Positions 22,923 through 36,261 of a DNA stretch of 64,000 bases are shown here, in pieces. The stretch's first letter is position 1; each line of letters begins with the position of its first letter. The position numbers were made by a program, and so were the translations under genes. The notes beneath the pieces are model-generated. The model had not been told where the DNA came from. It saw only the letters and a program-made list of their open reading frames with translations, and made no database searches. The DNA is from Reclinomonas americana ATCC 50394 (Eukaryota), in the NCBI GenBank assembly GCA_048213135.1, contig PS015134.1, positions 1-64,000 of the forward strand, read 5' to 3'.

Positions 22923-25069
22923 GAGAAGAAGGAGACGACNNNNNNNNNNNNNNNNNNNNAAGACGACAGACAAAAAAAAAGAAGATACAAGCGACAAACG
23001 CAACATGACACGATCCTCCTCCATCATGGCTGCCACAGCACCGCCAGGCGAGCCGGGCGAGTGTGGTGCCGCTCCCGGCTGTGATGATACGTGCGTCTTG
23101 GGCGACTGCGGTGGCTTGCCCAGTGGCGGCTTGCTGCCGGCAGGCGAAGCAGCGGTGGCTGTGGGAGCGCCAGCCTGTGGGAACGTGTGCTCGGCGGGTG
23201 CGTCGGACCGCGCCGCGGGTGAGCCACCCGAGGCCACGACGGCCCACGACGTGCCGTCACCCTGTACATGCAAATGTCAAAGAGTTAGCACGCAAGCATG
23301 GCACCTCTCTCTCTCTCTCTCTCTCTCTGCGTCATTATTTTTTCTTTCTTCTCACTTCGTCTCCCTCTCTGTCACCTCGCTGCCTGACTGCCTGTCTCTC
23401 TCCCACCAGTTTCTCCCTCGACTCCTCTTTCGGTTAAGCAATCTCACCCACAAGGATATCTCTCACTCGCTATTTTCGTCACTCCCTCCTTCCCTGGATG
23501 GTAGTCTGTCCCTCTCTATTCTCCAAGCGATCTCATTCTGGTCTCGTCTTCTGTCTCTCTCACTTGCTCTCGCATTTCTCTGCATTCTCTTTCTCTCTCT
23601 AGCTTTCTCCTTGAACCTCCCTTTCCTTCTCACTTTCTCTCTTCCTATCTCATTCCGGTCTCGTCTTCTGTCTCTCGTTCTCTCACTCACTCTTGCATTT
23701 CTCCGCATTCTTTTCCCCTCTCTCTATCGCTCTCAATCTCTCACGTTCCCTCACTCTTTCTCTTTCTCCTCTCATTCTCTTTCTCCCTCTCCTTCTCCCT
23801 CCCTTTCCCTCATCCTCCCCCCCATCCACCAACCTTCTGCCGGTGAGGCGGCACATACTTGCCAGGCCCGCCAATCGCAGACGGCGAACCCGACGTCGCA
23901 AACTGCGGTCCGTCGGAGACCGATTCACGAATCACACTACTGTACCGCGTCTCTTCGTCCACATTCGAATCGTCCTCCAGTCCGCGCTCCTCGGTCAGAT
24001 GCAGGTTGCGACTGGCGCCGCGGCCGGACTTTTGCGCCTGCTGAGCACCGTTTAGCCGCCAGAATAAGACGGGCAGGGAATTCTCCACAGGGGGAAAAAT
24101 ATAGTCACCTTCAGCATTTCGGCTTCGATGCGCGCCGCACGCGCCGCATTCTCCTTGTACAACTTGGAATTCGGGTCCAACTTCGTCGTGTACTTGTTGT
24201 AGTCGTACGTGCTCTTGACGCCGTACAGACGCTCATTGACACCGAATTGGTCCCACGACGACGACGACGAGTGCGAGGCGGCCATGTCGTCCAATCCCTG
24301 CAGCTCCACACCCGAGTCCATGGCCGGCATCCACGGCTGCAACTCGCGCTCCAGGGCACGGCCGTCGCCGGAGATTTCCGTGTCGGTGCGCACGGCTGTG
24401 GAGAGTGGTGAGATTGAGGGAAGCAGGGGAAGCGAGGGGAGCAAGGGAATGGAGTGTACGAACCGGAATTGGCCACCTTCTGCGGGCCAGCCAGCACGAC
24501 GCCAGTGGTGGTAATGTAAACCACATCGCGCACGTCAAACATGAGAGACGGCTGCAACTCGATCTGTGCGAGAGGGTTGATGGTGAGAGGTGGGTGAACG
24601 GTGGATGCTACAACTCTGGCTCACTGCCATCTTCCTGCCCATCTCACTTCTGCCTCTCACAGCGTTCTCTCACTGCTCTCACTTACATTCTCTCACTCTC
24701 GCTTACTCGCGTCTCCTTCAGTCTCTTTCTCTCGCATGCACACAAACACAAGTCCATCACTTCTCTCGCAGAAACACATCTCTCATACTCTGCTGCCTGT
24801 CCTTCTCACTGACAGTGAATCTCCTTGCGCCCAAGCGAATGACGACAGCGGGAGAAGCTGATGCAGGGGCGCGAGAAAGAGAGAGAAGGACTCGATCTCA
24901 CTCTTTCGTCTTTCCTCTCACTTACCTGCTTGCTCTCTGAGCTCACGTTCCCTTCTCACAGTCTCTTTCTCTCGCGCCACAGCACACATCCCTTGTTCTC
25001 TGTTGTCTCTTCCTTGTTCACCTCCCCATCTCATGCTCTCCCTCTCACACACAGTCACTCACTCACCCT

Positions 25070-25114
<45 letters not shown>

Positions 25115-25391
25115 CTACTCTACTTCACTAACTCTACTACCCCTTACCCCTACCTTACCTACCCTTACCCCTTACCTTACCCTTCCCCTACCCTTACCCT
25201 AACCCTACCCTTACCNNNNNNNNNNNNNNNNNNNNCCTACCTACCGGTACCTACCTACCTACCGTACTACTAACCTACCTACCTACCTACCTACCTACCT
25301 ACCTACCTACCTACCTACCGTACCTACCTACCTACCTACCTACCTACCTACCTACCCTACCCTACCTACCTACCTACCTACCTACCTACCT

Positions 25392-25474
<83 letters not shown>

Positions 25475-26517
25475 CACTCTCCCAATCATCAATCACACGC
25501 AATTCCCTTCCCATTCCCCTCCCATTCTCCTCCCATTCTCCTCCCCTTCTCCTCCCCACCCAACTCACCACCACCTCGGTGCCGGGCGCGGCCGCGGCAG
25601 GCGGAGAGCGCATGTGCGCCGCCAGCAACACAACAAGCGAGGCCATGTCGCCCTCACTGCCCACACCGCGCGCCAACACTCCTTGATACGTGGCCCCATT
25701 GCGATGCACAAGAGAGACGAGACAGCCCTTTTTGCAATTGTGTGAGAGAGTGAGTGTGAGGATGAGTGTGTCAGAGTGAGTGTGCGTGTGTACCTGCAGT
25801 GCTTCAATGATAAAGTCGACGCGCGCGGCGTTCACTGCAGCACTGCGCGTGTGTGTGTGTGAGAGAGTGAGTGAGTGCGAGTGAGTGTCGTGAGACAAAA
25901 TCACTTGTCTGCGCGTGCGTTTCTCTCTCTCTCTCTCACTGTCTCTCTCTCTTTCTCTGTGTCTGCTGGGCACGCAACGTCATTCTGTCGTGTGAGTGTG
26001 AGTGTGAGTGTGTGTGTCCTGCTTTCCCGCCACTTCTGTAGATTACGCAACTGCCGCGCGATTGTGCTTGTGTAAAGGTTTGCAGCTAGCAGCAGCAAGC
26101 AACAGCTGTCTTGAGGACCAAGCGAGGCCATGTCGCCCTCACTGCCAACACCGCGCGCCAACACTCCTTGATACCTGGCCCCATTGCGGTGCACAAGAGA
26201 GACAAGACAGCTGCAGCCCTTTTTATGTGTGAGAGAGTGAGTGAGAGAGTGAGTGTCAGAGTGAGTGTGTGTGTGTGTGCGTACCTGCAGTGCTTCAATG
26301 ATAAAGTCGACGCGCGCGGCGTTCACTGCAGCACTGCGCGTGTGTGTGTGTGAGAGAGTGAGTGAGTGCGAGTGAGTGTCGTGAGACAAAATCTCTTGTC
26401 TGCGCGTGCGTTTCTCTCTCTCACACTGTCTCTCTCTCTATCTGCTGGGCACGCAACGTCATTCTGTCGTGTGAGTGCAGTGTGAGTGAGTGTGTGAGTG
26501 CCTACGTTTCCCGCCAT
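21110..26517 (-). CDS. ATXN2: Ataxin-2/Pbp1 homolog (SM-ATX, LsmAD, PAM2 motif, Pro/Met-rich tail), multi-exon; start uncertain because of a 5' tandem duplication
   Basis: Lsm-like RVDFIIEALQGCLVSLVHRNGATYQGVL; RTDTEISG..ERELQPW; LsmAD WDQFGVNERLYGVKSTYDYNKYTTKLDPNSKLYKENAARAARIEAEM; PAM2-like SKLDLSAAEFVPP. Last exon ends PMPPPQ* at 21110. Confidence 0.88.
25236..25470 (+). repeat. (CTAC)n followed by (CA)n microsatellites inside an ataxin-2 intron
   Basis: Visible tandem CTAC units, then a CA run. Confidence 0.9.
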
Positions 26518-26612
26518 TTCTGTAGATTACGCGCTTGTGTAAAGGTTTTGCAGCTAGCAGCAGCAACAATTCAGTCACCAACAAACATGCAACAGCTGTC
26601 ATGAGGACCAAG
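25634..26612. repeat. Direct tandem duplication (~485-490 bp units) of the ataxin-2 5' region
   Basis: 25634-26118 aligns with 26119-26608 (e.g. cgaggccatgtcgccctcactgcc, tacctgcagtgcttcaatgataaagtcgacgcgcgcggcg). CAAG sits at all three boundaries. Confidence 0.92.
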
Positions 26613-27025
26613 TCTAACCATATCCAAAACATCAACGCAAACACCAGTCTTGAGGGAGCAGCAGGTTCTTTGTGTGTTTGTCGTGTGTGTTCGCTCTCGC
26701 TGCGGAGCTCCGAATAAGTCGAGAACTGCTGTCTCGATGTAGCACATCAACACAAGGACCAATCTTGATGATTGCGGCAGGCTTTCCTTTCGAGTCTGTT
26801 CACGGCCGGGCTTGCAACAAGTCGACAACTGGAAATGAGCAATTCGCACTGTGTACGTGCTTCATCGTTTTCCAGGCTTTTGCACCTTGAAACAGCTGCT
26901 CCACCTTCTCCCTCACCCCTCACCCCTCACCCCTCCCCCTTCCCTCTCCTCCTTCTCCTCCTTCTCCTCCTTCTCCTCCCTTTACTGTATCTTCACTCTA
27001 TCCCCTTCCCTCTCATCCCTTTCGC

Positions 27026-30000
27026 CTACTCCACCCCCCTTATCCTCTCCCTCAACTGCTCGCACGTCTCCTGCTGCTCGTGCAACTGCTGCTGCAACAC
27101 AGTGCGCTCCTCTTGCAGCGCGCGCAATCGCGTGGCGAGACCCTCGCGCACGGCAAGCTCGGCCTCGGAGAGCGCGCGCAAACGAGCGGCCTCGGCCTCG
27201 GCACGCCGGCACTGCTCGCGCAACTTGGCGCTCTCGTCGTCGGTCAGTATCACAGACGAGGCGGTGGTCGAGCCGAGCAGGCGCAGGAGGTGCTTGCGAA
27301 GCGGGTCGAACGCCTCCCACAGCTGTGCTTTCTCCGTCGACTTGCCTGTGCTGCTCGGCAGCTGCGAAAACACACAGAGCAGCACGTGAGCATCCTTTTT
27401 TCCTCTTGTCCGCTCCTCCGCTTCCACAAACCTTGGTGCCGTCGACAATCGCCTGCACGACTTCGCGAACGTAGGCCAGCTCCACCATGGTGCCGCCGCT
27501 GCCGGGGGCCGGAGACTTTTTGCGTGATGGCGAAGGCTTGCTGAGCTGGCCGCCGCCGGTGCCGGCGCCGGGCGACAGCGTGGAGAGCGACGACGAAGTG
27601 TCGATAATGGCGGCGAGGACGCGCACCGGACTGCGGCCGGCGCCGGCACGACGCAGTGCCTCCTGCGCCGGAGGCGGCTGCTGCGGTGGAGCAACGCCAC
27701 CATCGGTGGCAGTGGTGAGGGCATTGTCGGACTGCTTCGCTTCCTCGTCGGTGCTCTTGGGCTGCGAGTGCCGGCGACGCGTCTCCTCCATTCGTGCAAT
27801 CATGATGCGCGCATCGTCCAGGGCGTCACGAGCGGCCTCGGCGACTCGACGCAGCGTATTGCACTTGTCCTTTTGCTTGCTGCACTCGGCCTGCACGGCT
27901 GTCAGCTCCGCCTCCAGGCTATGGCATCGCTCGCACTCGGCCAGCGGTCTCGATTGCTCCAGATCGGCGCAGCGCAAGCGCAGCTGGGCGACCTCTGAGT
28001 CAATCTGCGCGCGGCCGGTCCATGCGTCGTCGCGCTCGGCAAACAGCTCTGGTTGATCACAAAAAGAAGAGTATGTGAGCAAGATGTGAATAGTCTCCTT
28101 ATATGCTGCGCGGCTGCTCACCGAGGGCCTGCTGGCGCAGCGTAGCAAACACATTCTCAATGGCTCCGCGGGAGCCCGGCGACGTGCTGCGCTTGGCCGG
28201 GGCCATGGACGGATCCGCAAACAGCAACTCGGCACTTCGCTTCACGAGAGCCACCAGCTCCGTCTCGCCCATGCGTTGCACCTCACTGTCGGCGTGCTGT
28301 CGACTGAGATCCTGCAGTGCCACGTGCAGCTGCTGCACTTGCTGTGTGAGCGACTTGATTTCGTCCAGAGCCTCACGTTGGCGCGCCGCCGACGCTTGCA
28401 GCTGCTCGTGCGCCCCCTCCAGCTCGTCGCGCAACTGGGCGCTCTCGGATGAATGCACCACAGAGGAGCCGGCGACATCCACCGTTAGGTTGCTCGGGCC
28501 GACGGCGCTTGCCTGGGCGAGGGCCGCTGACGGGTCCACCATCTCGCCCATGCTTTCGCGACTGCCACGACTGACGAAAGGAAGATGAGATACGCGTGCT
28601 CGCACACACACAAAAAGAAGCTGAGTGGAACGCACCGACTGCCCCTGACGGAATCACGCGCCGTTGACAGCGGCGTGTCGCTCGAGCCGGAAATGCGCAT
28701 CAGCGAGCGATTCTCGGCGGTGAGTCGCGCATTTTGCACTTGCAAGTGGCGCACCTCGAGTCGCAGTCGACTGAGATCTGCGGCCTCGTCGGCGCCGAGC
28801 ATGATTGCTGCTGTCGAAAATGACATGGGCTGCGCAGGCTGGTTGCCCAACCGCCGATGCAACGCCTCCAGCTCGTGCTGCAGCTCGAACTTGGCGCGAA
28901 TGGCCTCCTCCAGACTGTCGGAGAGCGCTCGTCGTCGCTGACGGGCCTCTCTCTCGTAGTACTTGCGTGCCGCGCGTGCAGTGTCGCGTTCCATGCGGGC
29001 CTCGAGGAGCTGGAAGGGGAAGAGGGAAAGGTGGAGAGCGACAACGGAAGAGAGTGAGCGAAGCGAACTCTCTTCTCTTTGAAAAAGAGGAAGAAGTGAT
29101 GAAGGCAAAGGAGAAGAGAGTGAGCGATCGCAAACAATCTTCTCTTGAAGGGGAAAGAAGGAAGAAGGAGAAGCGAAAGCAAGATCTCTCTCTTCTCTTC
29201 TATTCTCTCATTCTCTTGTTTCTCAAGGAAAGAGTGTGAAAAAAGGGTGCTTTCTCAAGAGGGATCCAATTAAGGGTCTTCGATGAGGAAAGCCTCGAAT
29301 CAAAAAAGGGGAGATGGAGGAGGGTGTGAGACTAAATGTGCAGGGCACTTACTTCGCCGCGCATCTTTCGCTCCCTGGCCGTGCCGAGCACCACCGGACT
29401 CCACAGTGGTCTCTTCTCGTCCTCCACACCGGCGTTGCGCAGAGACAGTTGCAGCACGCCCGAGTTGGCAGAGGCCTCGGTGAAGTGCTCCAACTCGGCT
29501 CCGCTCCAGCACACCACCTCACCATACTCGCTGATGGTGAGCAGGTGCTGCGACATTGGCGTCACCACCATGTCAATCACACACGACGGTAGTTGGTACG
29601 TCAGCGCCGGGGCGGATTGGTTCTGTTGTTTTTGGTTGAGGTTGGTGAGATACGCGTGAAAGGCTGATGAGCAATTCCATGTGGGGACGTACCAGCAAAT
29701 CGATTACGCATAGCGCTCTCCTTGAGGCGCACCACAGGCGGTCCTGAAAGATGCCCACGGCAGCCACTCCATGTTCACGGTTGAATTGCAGTCCGCCGCC
29801 CACCGGAGTGAGAGACTGGTGGCGTACATGGGATGAGCGGCTTCAAGAGGGGGCGTGTCAAGAGATGAGGAGAAAAGATACGAACCGGCACTTTCCAACA
29901 GCGCACTTCGCCCGTGTCACTCATGCATGCGAGATACTTGCTGTCGGCCACCACCGACAGCACCAAGCCGCTGTCAGCCGTGAGCTGTTTCAAATGGTGG

Positions 30001-31352
30001 CCCTGCGCAGGGATACGAGGGTGAGGTTTAGGCAAAGAGGGTGGGATGCACAAGTGACGAACACATCGGACTGTTCTTCAAGAAANNNNNNNNNNNNNNN
30101 NNNNNNNNNNNNNNNNNNNNNNNNNNNNNNNNNNNNNNNNNNNNNNNNNNNNNNNNNNNNNNNNNNNNNNNNNNNNNNNNNNNNNNNNNNNNNNNNNNNN
30201 NNNNNNNNNNNNNNNNNNNNNNNNNNNNNNNNNNNNNNNNNNNNNNNNNNNNNNNNNNNNNNNNNNNNNNNNNNNNNNNNNNNNNNNNNNNNNNNNNNNN
30301 NNNNNNNNNNNNNNNNNNNNNNNNAAGAGAGAAAAGAGAGACAGAAAAAATAGAGAGAGAGAGAGACAGAGAGATTGATAGAGAGGGATAGAGAGAGACA
30401 GAAAACAGATAGAGAGAGAGAGAGAGAGAGTGAGAGAGACTGAGAGAGACAGAGAGAGACAGAAAGAGACACAGAGAGACACAGAGAGACACAGAGAGAG
30501 ACAGAAAGACACACGGAGAAAGAGAGAGAGAGTCACAGCGATGAACAGGTAATATTGAGAAACAGTGGCCGGACAAGCAACACCATGGATAGTTGCGACG
30601 AACCCTATCATCCATCACAAACAGCGTCTGTCCACTCGAGCAGCACATGCGCACGCGATCGGCGCTGGACGTGCGCAGCAGCGTGATGCCGGTGACTGGT
30701 GACTCAAAGGTCACCGTCACCGCGACTTGGTATGTTGTCGGATGAATCAGGTGCACTCGACCATCCTCGTCGGCCACCCACACATGCTGTTGTTGGAGTG
30801 AGCGTTGTAACACACAGAAATGCAACGTTTTGTGCCACACGCAACTCCCTTCACCGCTCGCCCCTGCGCATCCACTGCCGTGGTGCCCGTTGCGCACGCC
30901 ACCAGCCCGGAGTTCACGGGAGTGAAGCCATGCACAACCTTGCCGGTGGCCGGATCGTACACAATCACCTGCCGCCACCGACTTTCTGTTGAGTCGAGAG
31001 TCACAGAAGGCACACAAATGACCTGCTGTCGTACCTGACCGCTGAGAGTGCCGAGCCACACGAGATTGCCGACACTGCATGCGCATGTCACATGCGCGGT
31101 ACCAATGTGCAGCGAGGTCACGGACGACGATGACGAGGAGGGAGACGACGAGGTCGCAGTGGCAGCGCGTGCGTCGTCGGCGGCGAGTGCGGCAGAGGAG
31201 ACGCTCGGTGGGGTGCTCGGTGTTTGGTCCAGGTGGTCAAGGCGCTGGAAAGGGAGAAGGACGAGAGTGGATATAGGTACGCAGGCCTTTTCAAAGCTCC
31301 TCCCCGTTTTCGCGGAGAACCAATCGCACACCCCTGCCCTTGAATCCTTGTG

Positions 31353-31386
<34 letters not shown>

Positions 31387-31977
31387 CTGTGTTTGTCTCT
31401 CGCTCATCTTCTGACCGTCTCCTGTGTTGCTCTCCGGATCTTGCCCAGAAATGAAAGATCTCCCTCCTATTCTCCCTTCCCCAGTCCTTCTGTCTGTTTC
31501 CTCTCTCTCTGTGGTGGAGTATGACTCGCTCTCCTCCTTCTTTGGTCCTTCTCTCCCAGTCACTCTCTCTCTCTCTCTCTCTCTNNNNNNNNNNNNNNNN
31601 NNNNCACACACACACACACGCGCGTGTACAGAGCATGGGAGGCACTGTGCAACAAGTGAGAGTGAGAGAGAAATGGAATATTGTGGCACACGACTTGCTC
31701 ACTCTCTCCCCTTTTTTCCTCACTCTCTCAGTCTCCTCTGTTTCTCTCTCAGTCTCCCCTCCCCCCTCCTCCTCCCTCTTCCCCATCAACCCTCTCCCTT
31801 TCCTTCCCTATCTGTCGTGCCCATCTTACGACACGTGCTTGCTGTGAAATTGGTCGACTCACTCACCACAACGTGCACCAAGTGCGCGAGGCTTTCCACA
31901 TGAACCACTCGCCCATCACTCGACTCCACTCCAGTGCCACACTGCACGAGGAGGTGCTGTCGCGCAGGCAGAGACAT
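27026..31977 (-). CDS. Beta-propeller (WD40-like) N-terminus plus long coiled-coil C-terminus, multi-exon; 3' end may extend to ~26750
   Basis: ATG 31977 (MSLPARQHLL). Propeller-like strands VTCACSVGNLVWLGTLSG|QVIVYD, HVWVADEDGRVHLI, LLTISEYGEVVCW. Heptad-rich exons LRDELEGAHEQLQ.., EVAQLRLRCADLEQ... GT-AG borders. Confidence 0.7.
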
Positions 31978-32980
31978 TAACTGAACTTTTCTCGTCTTTC
32001 GCAGCAAATTGCGCGGAATCGTCCGTTACGCGTGCGCCGTGCCTTTTTTCCGAGATTGTGACTCGCATCTATACAGTGAGCGCCAAAGCACTAACAGCTG
32101 CACTGAAGGAGAGTGTCGAAGCGACATGCAGGCGTTTTGTGGAGAGAGATCGCGATCGAGTTCGAGTTCGAAGTTGAAGTCACGATCGCAGCTGCTGGAG
32201 CGAGCTCGAGCCTGCAATGATGTCGCTACTCTTGTGTGTTATTGCGTCTACAATTCCAAGCCATGTGAGAGTCTTCTTTTCGACGATGTCCTGGAGAAAA
32301 CTGCCTTTGATCGGGAAACCATTCGCCGAGCCTTATTTGCACCATCTTGATCCAGCATCGTTCGTTCCCAATCGTCATCACCGCTTGTGCACAGAGGGTG
32401 CTGCTTCACAGCTGGAAGCGAGTGATGATTGCAATTCCCGTCCTGCTAGCAACAAATCGATATCGCCGGCACCTTCATGCGTGTTTGGATCCGGCCGGCT
32501 TCCCCAACTCGATGAATCGTGCTTTCCTTGGCCATCGCACTAAGCAGTCGCCTGCACGCTGCAGCAACCATCTTCTGTCCCACTGTCTCCGCTTCTGGAA
32601 ACCGGATCCGGAGCGCACAGTCATGCGCACTTGATTGCAAGGCACCTTCCGCGAATCGCAACGCGGCGCGATCGCAAGCTTTTGCAAAAGTCAACCGACC
32701 TCACACCAAAGAGCTGCCGTCCCCTCGGGGATTCCCAATTTGGATGGCAGAATTCGAACACACGCGCAACGGTTTTTCGATCGCTCGCGGATTGACACAA
32801 ACGGCGAGAGGAGACAAGCTCTTTCCCCACACACACACTCGCACAAGGAAAGCACGCACCTTGCGCGCATTGTGTATGCGCTCGTGAGTGAGCACCACCT
32901 CCCAGTGCTCTTCACTGTCGCTGCTTGTGTGTGTGTGTGCGTGTGCTTGTGTGCGTTTCGTTCGACGCGTGCAATCAATC

Positions 32981-35019
32981 ATGGGTGCCAGCGTGTCACA
33001 CGCGCCGACCACACTCGCGCGACACGTCTCTCAGCAACAACAACAACAGCAACAACAACAACAGCAACAGCAGCGTCATGCGCATCAACAACAACACACA
33101 CCACAACAGCACTTGTCTCCGGCCTCCACTCGGAGATCAACGCTGCGACCTCCGGTGACCAACTATGCGCCGCAAGCCACCACACTGGTGGCGCCTCCGG
33201 TGCCTGAGTGCATGGAGGAGGCGGGGATTGGAGGTGGCGAGTGTGAGGTGGCGAGTAGTAGACGAGGGGTGGAGGAGGAGAAATCGACATCGGCGTCGTC
33301 GGTGGCGCATGTGTTGACGACTGTAGTTGCGTGCTGTGTGAGGGAAGGGGGGAGGAGAGGAAGGAGGAGAGGGAGAGAGAGAGGGAGGAGAGAGAGGGAA
33401 AGTGAATGCCAATCAATTGGCTGGCGTTAAGAGAGACGTACACACTTGCACACTCACTTGCACACAAGCTCAGAGAGAGAGAGAGAGATAGAGAGAGAGA
33501 AAAAGGCGTATGTTGTGATGGTTGTAGCCGCGAGTTTTGCGAGGGAGGGGACCGAGAAGGGGAGACTGGAAAGCGCATCCTGAAGAGTGGGCGAGCAAGA
33601 GCACATTAAGAAAACACAAGCGCACACACAGCGACGCATGTGGCGATGGTAGCAGCTGTGTGTTATGCGAGGGAAGGGATTGGAGGGATGAGGGTGAGAA
33701 AAGGAGCCAAAAGCGAATGTCGGAGAGTGGACGAGCAATTGAGCGCTCATGATAGACGTACAAACATACATCCATGCACACGCCACAGCCGCATATACAC
33801 TGCCAGAGTTGTTCTGCTTGTGTTCCGAGGCACTTCCGTTTGAATTTGGAGTTTACTCATTGATATCAGTCAACTGATGCATAATATGCTGCATTGTGGA
33901 CTCCCTTTCCCCCGCTGCTGCATTCTTCGTTCGTCTGGAATTGCTTGTGACTTTCAGCGGCTTCAGTATCATCTCTCTCCCTCTCTCTACTGCTTCGTGT
34001 TCTTTCTCTTTGGCTTCTCGACCTCATTTTCCAGCGTCTCGCTTCCTTTCCGTCGTCTGTTTGTTCGTCCTCACGCTCTCTGCATGCCGAAGTTTGTCCA
34101 TCTCTTCCTCTGCTTCCTCTCACTACGGGGTCTATACTCTTTGGGAGGGCAACAATCATGTCACCCCACCGACTTCTCGCTCTCACACACTCTTTGACAA
34201 CTGGCCAAGCTGCTATCCTGTGCTCCTTCACGATTTCCCACCATACTCTTCCTCACACTCCCTCTCTTTCCCTTCCCTCCCCGCAGCACGGCGACAACGG
34301 CCGCACCAAACACCTCCACCAACGACCACCCACCCCACCACTGCCGCAGACCCGCATCGAGGACGCCGTGGTGGCCATGGTGGCCGACGAATGCGGTAAC
34401 TCGACGGTGCGAACCACCGCCGCCCACCACCAGCATCGCACCACCCATGCACCTCAATATCGCATGGGTGGCGCGGGCGGCGGCGTCGGTAGCGGCGGCA
34501 GTGGTGGTGGAGTTGGCAGAGTGGCGATACCAACCGCATCGCGTCCTCACATGCCGCCTCCACCACCGCCGACGCCGGGTGACGGCAGCGAGGCGAGCGA
34601 TGGAGTGAGTGATGTCGGCAGCATGGCCGACAGCGAGACGGCCTACTTGCCGCAAATCTCCGACAGCCGAGGAGGTGTGTGTGATCGAGCACGCTCTTCG
34701 ACTTTCATCAATAACTCACAGATCCTCATTCGCCTTTTCTTTCTTACAGATGCACCAGGGGCCATCAGAAAGACCACTGTACCCGTTCTATGTGCCAGAT
34801 CCAGCGGTGGTGGTGCCGCTGCGGCGACAGCAGGTGGCGGCAGTGGCGGCGGTACTCAACAATACACCGTCATCCACGCCAGTATCCAATGTTGCGTGAT
34901 GCTCGCGTCGGTGTGAGAGTGGGAGGGACGAAGCACTCACTGCGCAATACTTCTGCACAGTTGACGCAAACGATCTCGACACGCAATGCGACGAGCTCGA
35001 GTGCATCGATGCGAGTTAA
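32981..35019 (+). CDS. Low-complexity protein with N-myristoylation motif and polyQ tract (4 exons)
   Basis: MGASVS start and a Q13 run. Exons ~32981-33199, 34287-34674, 34751-34890 and 34961-35019 join in phase and end FDANDLDTQCDELECIDAS*. Confidence 0.65.
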
Positions 35020-35063
35020 CGACACAACAAAAATACCGTCAGTGAATCCGAGAGTGTTCTCTA

Positions 35064-36054
35064 CTACAATGCCCGCACAGTCTCCTTCGCAATCCACTGC
35101 ACTGCACCGTCGGAATCAGTTTCTCGTGCGGACACGATGCTCGACCAGTCGGCCTCCTGTAGCGTCGCCCGCGCAGTGCTATCCTGCAGCACGGCACGCA
35201 ACACCGACAATGCGTGGTAGCGCGTGGGTCCATCGAGACCGCCCTCGATGCACGGACGCAGCAACTCGCTGGCGCGGGAGGCTATCAGTGCGCGCAGTAC
35301 TGCGCAGTCTGTGCGGTAGAGAGATGAGCAAGAGCGAACGGGAGAAAGAATGGTGTGTGCACTCAACTTGTCACGCCCATGTCGACCGACATGCACAAGT
35401 ACATGCGCACGGGGTCGTGAATGGTTTCCGAGTCGCGTGCTGGTGACTGGGGTGAGCAACACGAAGACACCGTCTCCAGAACGCCGTCGTCTCACCTCGC
35501 TGCAACACGATCGGCTGCGGTTCATGCGACGCTGCAACTGCCTCGTTCAACGCGTGCACCACGATTGAGAAGGCCTCCTCGAGCTGAGGTGCCTGTGAGG
35601 CGTTCTTTGCTGCACCAGGGAGGAACAGGGAGGAGAGTGACGTGAGTCTCCATGCTGCGTATTCTTCGTTCATCCCTTCCGATGCTTGTCACCCTTCTTC
35701 TCGTGGGTGATCGTGCAAGCCCAGTACCAGCAACGCGTGCGTGAGAGGCTGCATGCCTCTTGCCTCGCTTGTCTTTCTTCCACTCACATGCCTTCTTAAC
35801 AAACAATCACCTTTGCTCCTCATCTTTTCTCCTCACTTGCTGCGTCACTTCTCCAACCCTCCCTTTTTCCTCCTTCTCCCCACTCACCCAACAGACTTAT
35901 CACAGTGCTCATGCGCCCTCCAGCATGCGCGCGAGTGACTCCCTCTCGCTCACTGCTGCAGAGCACGCGAAGCAGCGCGCTCACCAGTGCAACGCTGCCA
36001 ACNNNNNNNNNNNNNNNNNNNNGGGCGATACTGTGTGACAGTGAGTGGTGGGAG

Positions 36055-36101
<47 letters not shown>

Positions 36102-36201
36102 ATTCACCATCGCTGCGCAGTGCTTGCAGATGTTCAATGGCTTCAGCTTCCTCGGCAGCGTCGGAAGTACCAGTGACGAGCACAGCAATGCCACTCTCCA
36201 T
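35064..36201 (-). CDS. Small alpha-helical (ARM/HEAT-like) protein of unknown function, multi-exon
   Basis: ATG 36201 MESGIAVLVTG..EAIEHLQAL. Exons LEEAFSIVVHALNEAV, DPVRMYLCMSVDMGVT and CAVLRALIASRASELLRPCIEG..RYHALSVLRAVL..WIAKETVRAL*; the last three join in phase. Confidence 0.65.
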
Positions 36202-36261
36202 TCTTCAAAGATGACGGGAGTTGTCGCGTTTCATGCAATATAAACAAGATCTTCCTTTCTT

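Noticed and set aside
25138-25215. CCCTTA/CCCTAA-like repeats resembling an interstitial telomere
   Set aside because: Highly degenerate, only one true CCCTAA, adjacent to an N gap and grading into (CTAC)n. Most likely a microsatellite or low-quality read end.
34790-35446. 218-aa plus-strand ORF overlapping the ARM-like gene
   Set aside because: Out of phase with the spliced plus-strand gene; it is the antisense shadow of the minus-strand exons.
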